64,000 nt of DNA. Source: a phage. Of the stretch, positions 61,973-64,000 are shown one piece after another. The notes beneath the pieces are model-generated. The model saw nothing but the letters and a program-made list of their open reading frames with translations. It did not search any database and was not told the origin of the DNA. The stretch is taken from the sequence record PX880100.1; one strand, written 5' to 3'. The position numbers and the translations under genes were made by a program. Within the stretch, counting starts at the first letter, position 1, and each line of letters starts with the position of its first letter.

Positions 61973-62150
61973 AATGAGAATGATTCTCATTTAAAAAGCG
62001 GAATGCGAATGATAATGATTCGTATTTAAGAATGGAAATGAGAATTATTCAGGAAGTGAAACGATTCTCATTTAAAAAGTGGAATGATTATTAGTTACAT
62101 AGTAAAACGCGAATGATAATGATTCGTATTTAAGAATGGAAGAGAGAAAC
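61973..62150. repeat. interleaved direct repeats and palindromes
   Basis: Unit GATTCTCATTTAAAAAG(C/T)GGAATG occurs twice and unit GCGAATGATAATGATTCGTATTTAAGAATGGAA twice; palindromes AATGAGAATGATTCTCATT and CGAATGATAATGATTCG inside. Confidence 0.65.
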
Positions 62151-62163
62151 ACTATTATTTAAG

Positions 62164-62172
62164 TTATCCACA
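62164..62172 (+). promoter_or_regulatory. DnaA box (TTATCCACA)
   Basis: Exact 9-mer consensus; second copy 73 bp downstream. Confidence 0.55.
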
Positions 62173-62236
62173 GACTTATTAACAGCACGATTTGACTTGA
62201 CAGAATCCTAGCCATTTTGAGGCGTTATTAACAGAC

Positions 62237-62245
62237 TTATCCACA
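62237..62245 (+). promoter_or_regulatory. DnaA box (TTATCCACA)
   Basis: Exact 9-mer consensus; flanked by permuted CAGACTTAT / TTAACAG motifs shared with the first box. Confidence 0.55.
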
Positions 62246-62263
62246 GCTTATCCTACTGTATAA

Positions 62264-62283
62264 ATATACAGTATTCCTACGCA
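62264..62283. promoter_or_regulatory. LexA (SOS) box-like palindrome TACTGTATAAATATACAGTA
   Basis: CTGT-N8-ACAG with AT-rich spacer and palindromic flanks, matching the E. coli LexA-box consensus pattern. Confidence 0.45.
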
Positions 62284-62467
62284 GTGAATAATTCTAATAT
62301 AGCGTTAAAACGTCCTAGATCGCATTCTAACGCGTTTAATTTTGTTGGGGATACTAAAACAAGGGCAAAATTGGAGGAGGCTTAGAAATTAGTTAGCTCG
62401 CTAACGATCACACAAGGCGACACGTAACACCCTAACCATTAGCAGGCTAACCATCGCGGGCGCGGTC

Positions 62468-62488
62468 AAATGAGAATCATTCTCATTT
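62468..62488. repeat. palindrome AAATGAGAATCATTCTCATTT
   Basis: Read directly; related to the AATGAGAATGATTCTCATT palindrome ~500 bp upstream. Confidence 0.65.
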
Positions 62489-62639
62489 GAGAATTGGGGG
62501 CACTTCCCGATAGTTGCGCCCCGTGATTATTACAGTAGTGGGCAACCGTTACGTTTTGCCCACTCCCGCCACTCATCTTGATACCTAGACTTGCGACGGC
62601 GTACTAAAAACCGTTTATACCAGTGATTAAACCATTGTT

Positions 62640-62873
62640 TCATAAATCCTCCTCCGGTAGTCGATGCGTGATTTTTTCCTCCTCCCCGTAGGAATCCGCC
62701 AAATGCTGATAATAACCATCGTGATCATAAATCACTTTATCATACTCGCCACGCTCGACCGCTTGCCGATTCTCCGGCGTATCGGGCACATAAAAAACAT
62801 CAACCATTGTACTAGTTTTGGTCACAATAATTTTATTGCTCATAATAACTCCTAGTAAATATATTTTTGCCAA
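62640..62873 (-). CDS. hypothetical protein (77 aa)
   Basis: Track ORF; higher GC than the rest of the window; GGAGG-type RBS upstream on the reverse strand. Confidence 0.5.
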   Translation of the reverse strand: MAKIYLLGVIMSNKIIVTKTSTMVDVFYVPDTPENRQAVERGEYDKVIYDHDGYYQHLADSYGEEEKITHRLPEEDL

Positions 62874-62943
62874 TAGTGGCGAACGTTATCGCCACCAGCG
62901 GAATCATTAGCTGCCTCAACATTACCAACGAAAATATATAATT

Positions 62944-63327
62944 TCATTGCGCCACCTTTCGAAACGCTGTTTCAATACTATCAGCGGTGGATTGAATATA
63001 CGCGCCTTTCATTATCAGGCGCTCGGTGCACACCTTGCGGAAAATATTAATAAAATCATCTTCATTTTCTGCAATTAACGCTTCACCCATAACCTGAACA
63101 TCACAAGATGCAAAGGTCAAAAATTGAAACGCTAGTTCACGGGCAACGACCGCATTGATTTTATAATGCGCCTTGCCCTCATAAATATTAATAACGCCCT
63201 TATAAGCGGGTGAAAGCTGATTCAAATAGTTTGCTAGTAATGCCGGACGGCAATTAGCAACAAAACGATTGCCTTCATAAATAACCATTTTATAACACCC
63301 CACGAAACGCAGCGTAAAAGGTGGCAA
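62944..63327 (-). CDS. hypothetical protein (127 aa; alternative start at 63288)
   Basis: Track ORF; the ATG at 63288 lies 1 nt after the upstream gene stop, suggesting coupling. Confidence 0.5.
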   Translation of the reverse strand: MPPFTLRFVGCYKMVIYEGNRFVANCRPALLANYLNQLSPAYKGVINIYEGKAHYKINAVVARELAFQFLTFASCDVQVMGEALIAENEDDFINIFRKVCTERLIMKGAYIQSTADSIETAFRKVAQ

Positions 63328-63502
63328 AGTGTTTAACCGTTTCAGCGATCACGTTGCCGCGCTTGTCGAATTTTTTCTCAGTAACACGAAAGGCATTTTT
63401 ATTACGTGCTACATATTCGATTTTACAGTCTTCACGCTCGAACGTGTTAACGTCCACCAGCTTAAAGCCTTTCGAACGTGCAAGGGAAACGTTACGAATC
63501 AT
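63290..63502 (-). CDS. hypothetical protein (70 aa)
   Basis: Track ORF with reverse-strand GGAGA RBS. Confidence 0.5.
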   Translation of the reverse strand: MIRNVSLARSKGFKLVDVNTFEREDCKIEYVARNKNAFRVTEKKFDKRGNVIAETVKHFATFYAAFRGVL

Positions 63503-63519
63503 TTTTATTCTCCTTTACC

Positions 63520-63652
63520 AGTCATGCAGCCCAGCAGATAAGAAAACGCAGCAATTACCGCGCCAATAATAACGGCGTGAACACCGAAAGCTATTGCAAA
63601 CAACGATAAAATAGCGCCCAAGATACCCGCCAGAATAGCTCGAAAAATAATC
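63520..63652 (-). CDS. hypothetical small membrane peptide (about 44 aa, below track cutoff)
   Basis: Reverse-strand ATG with AGGAGA RBS; product MIIFRAILAGILGAILSLFAIAFGVHAVIIGAVIAAF is one TM helix; coordinates approximate. Confidence 0.4.
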
Positions 63653-63700
63653 ATTTTTATTCTCCTAGTCAGTGGGGGATATAATATCCCCCGTTACTAA

Positions 63701-63931
63701 TTACATTAAAACAATTTTTGCAGCTTGTTTTTTAGTACAGTGTTCCGCTTTCAGCGTGTCCAGCAAAAAGCCCGCCGTTTGCTGATCGATTTTATCGGCG
63801 TTGTATAGTTCTTGGATGGTGTTATAAGTTTTAGCAATGCCGAACTCCTGCACCATTTCATGAATGATTACGCGATTAGACACCCAACCTTGAGCGGTGA
63901 ACAGATGACTAGCAGAAGAGTATGCAACCAT
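63701..63931 (-). CDS. hypothetical protein (76 aa)
   Basis: Track ORF; followed on the reverse strand by the GGGGGATAT-A-ATATCCCCC hairpin. Confidence 0.5.
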   Translation of the reverse strand: MVAYSSASHLFTAQGWVSNRVIIHEMVQEFGIAKTYNTIQELYNADKIDQQTAGFLLDTLKAEHCTKKQAAKIVLM

Positions 63932-64000
63932 TTTAAGCCTCCAAATTTTTGGGAAATTTTCAATCCACCGTTTTGGTGTAAAGGCATTATAACAAAAAAG

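Noticed and set aside
61497-62029. Plus-strand ORFs 61497..61688 and 61769..62029 inside the repeat region
   Set aside because: Low-complexity products dominated by repeat-encoded Ser/Leu/Pro, no RBS, and they are composed of the 14-bp repeat copies; treated as non-coding.
1-64000. Prophage or integrative element (integrase, att sites next to tRNAs)
   Set aside because: No integrase/recombinase-like ORF, no host-like flanking genes, and tRNAs are in a phage-type array with phage promoters; the content fits a virulent T5-like genome segment.

Overview
The window reads as the early-gene region of a T5-like (Tequintavirus-type) lytic phage, oriented opposite to the canonical T5 map. Positions 1-19.9 kb are a leftward (minus-strand) replication module: helicase fragment, family A DNA polymerase, primase, helicase, a split NAD-dependent DNA ligase, a ~930-aa origin-binding-type ATPase, a Sir2-like/HAD pair and anaerobic ribonucleotide reductase NrdD. 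From a divergent promoter region at ~20 kb a rightward block follows: PhoH, NrdA-HNH-NrdB, DHFR, ThyA, RNase H, then ~26 tRNA genes and several ORF-free structured segments interleaved with small ORFs, each small operon headed by a near-identical PN25-type promoter. Further right are a GrcA-like glycyl-radical protein, a candidate overlapping spanin pair, dNMP kinase, a ClpP-like protease, holin-like and M15 endolysin genes, thioredoxin-like and two phosphoesterases, and many small membrane peptides. The last ~3 kb is an ORF-free repeat-dense region (nine copies of a 14-bp motif, two DnaA boxes, a LexA-box-like palindrome, large palindromes) resembling the T5 injection-stop/terminal-repeat boundary, followed by higher-GC leftward small genes. 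No integrase, CRISPR or cas genes were seen. All RNA folds, promoter and repeat coordinates were derived by eye and may be off by 1-2 nt; protein functions rest on recognisable motifs only. The most notable candidates are the Sir2-like/HAD pair, the embedded spanin-like pair, the ORF-free structured RNA segments in the tRNA cluster, the iteron-like leader upstream of the origin-binding ATPase, and the terminal repeat region.
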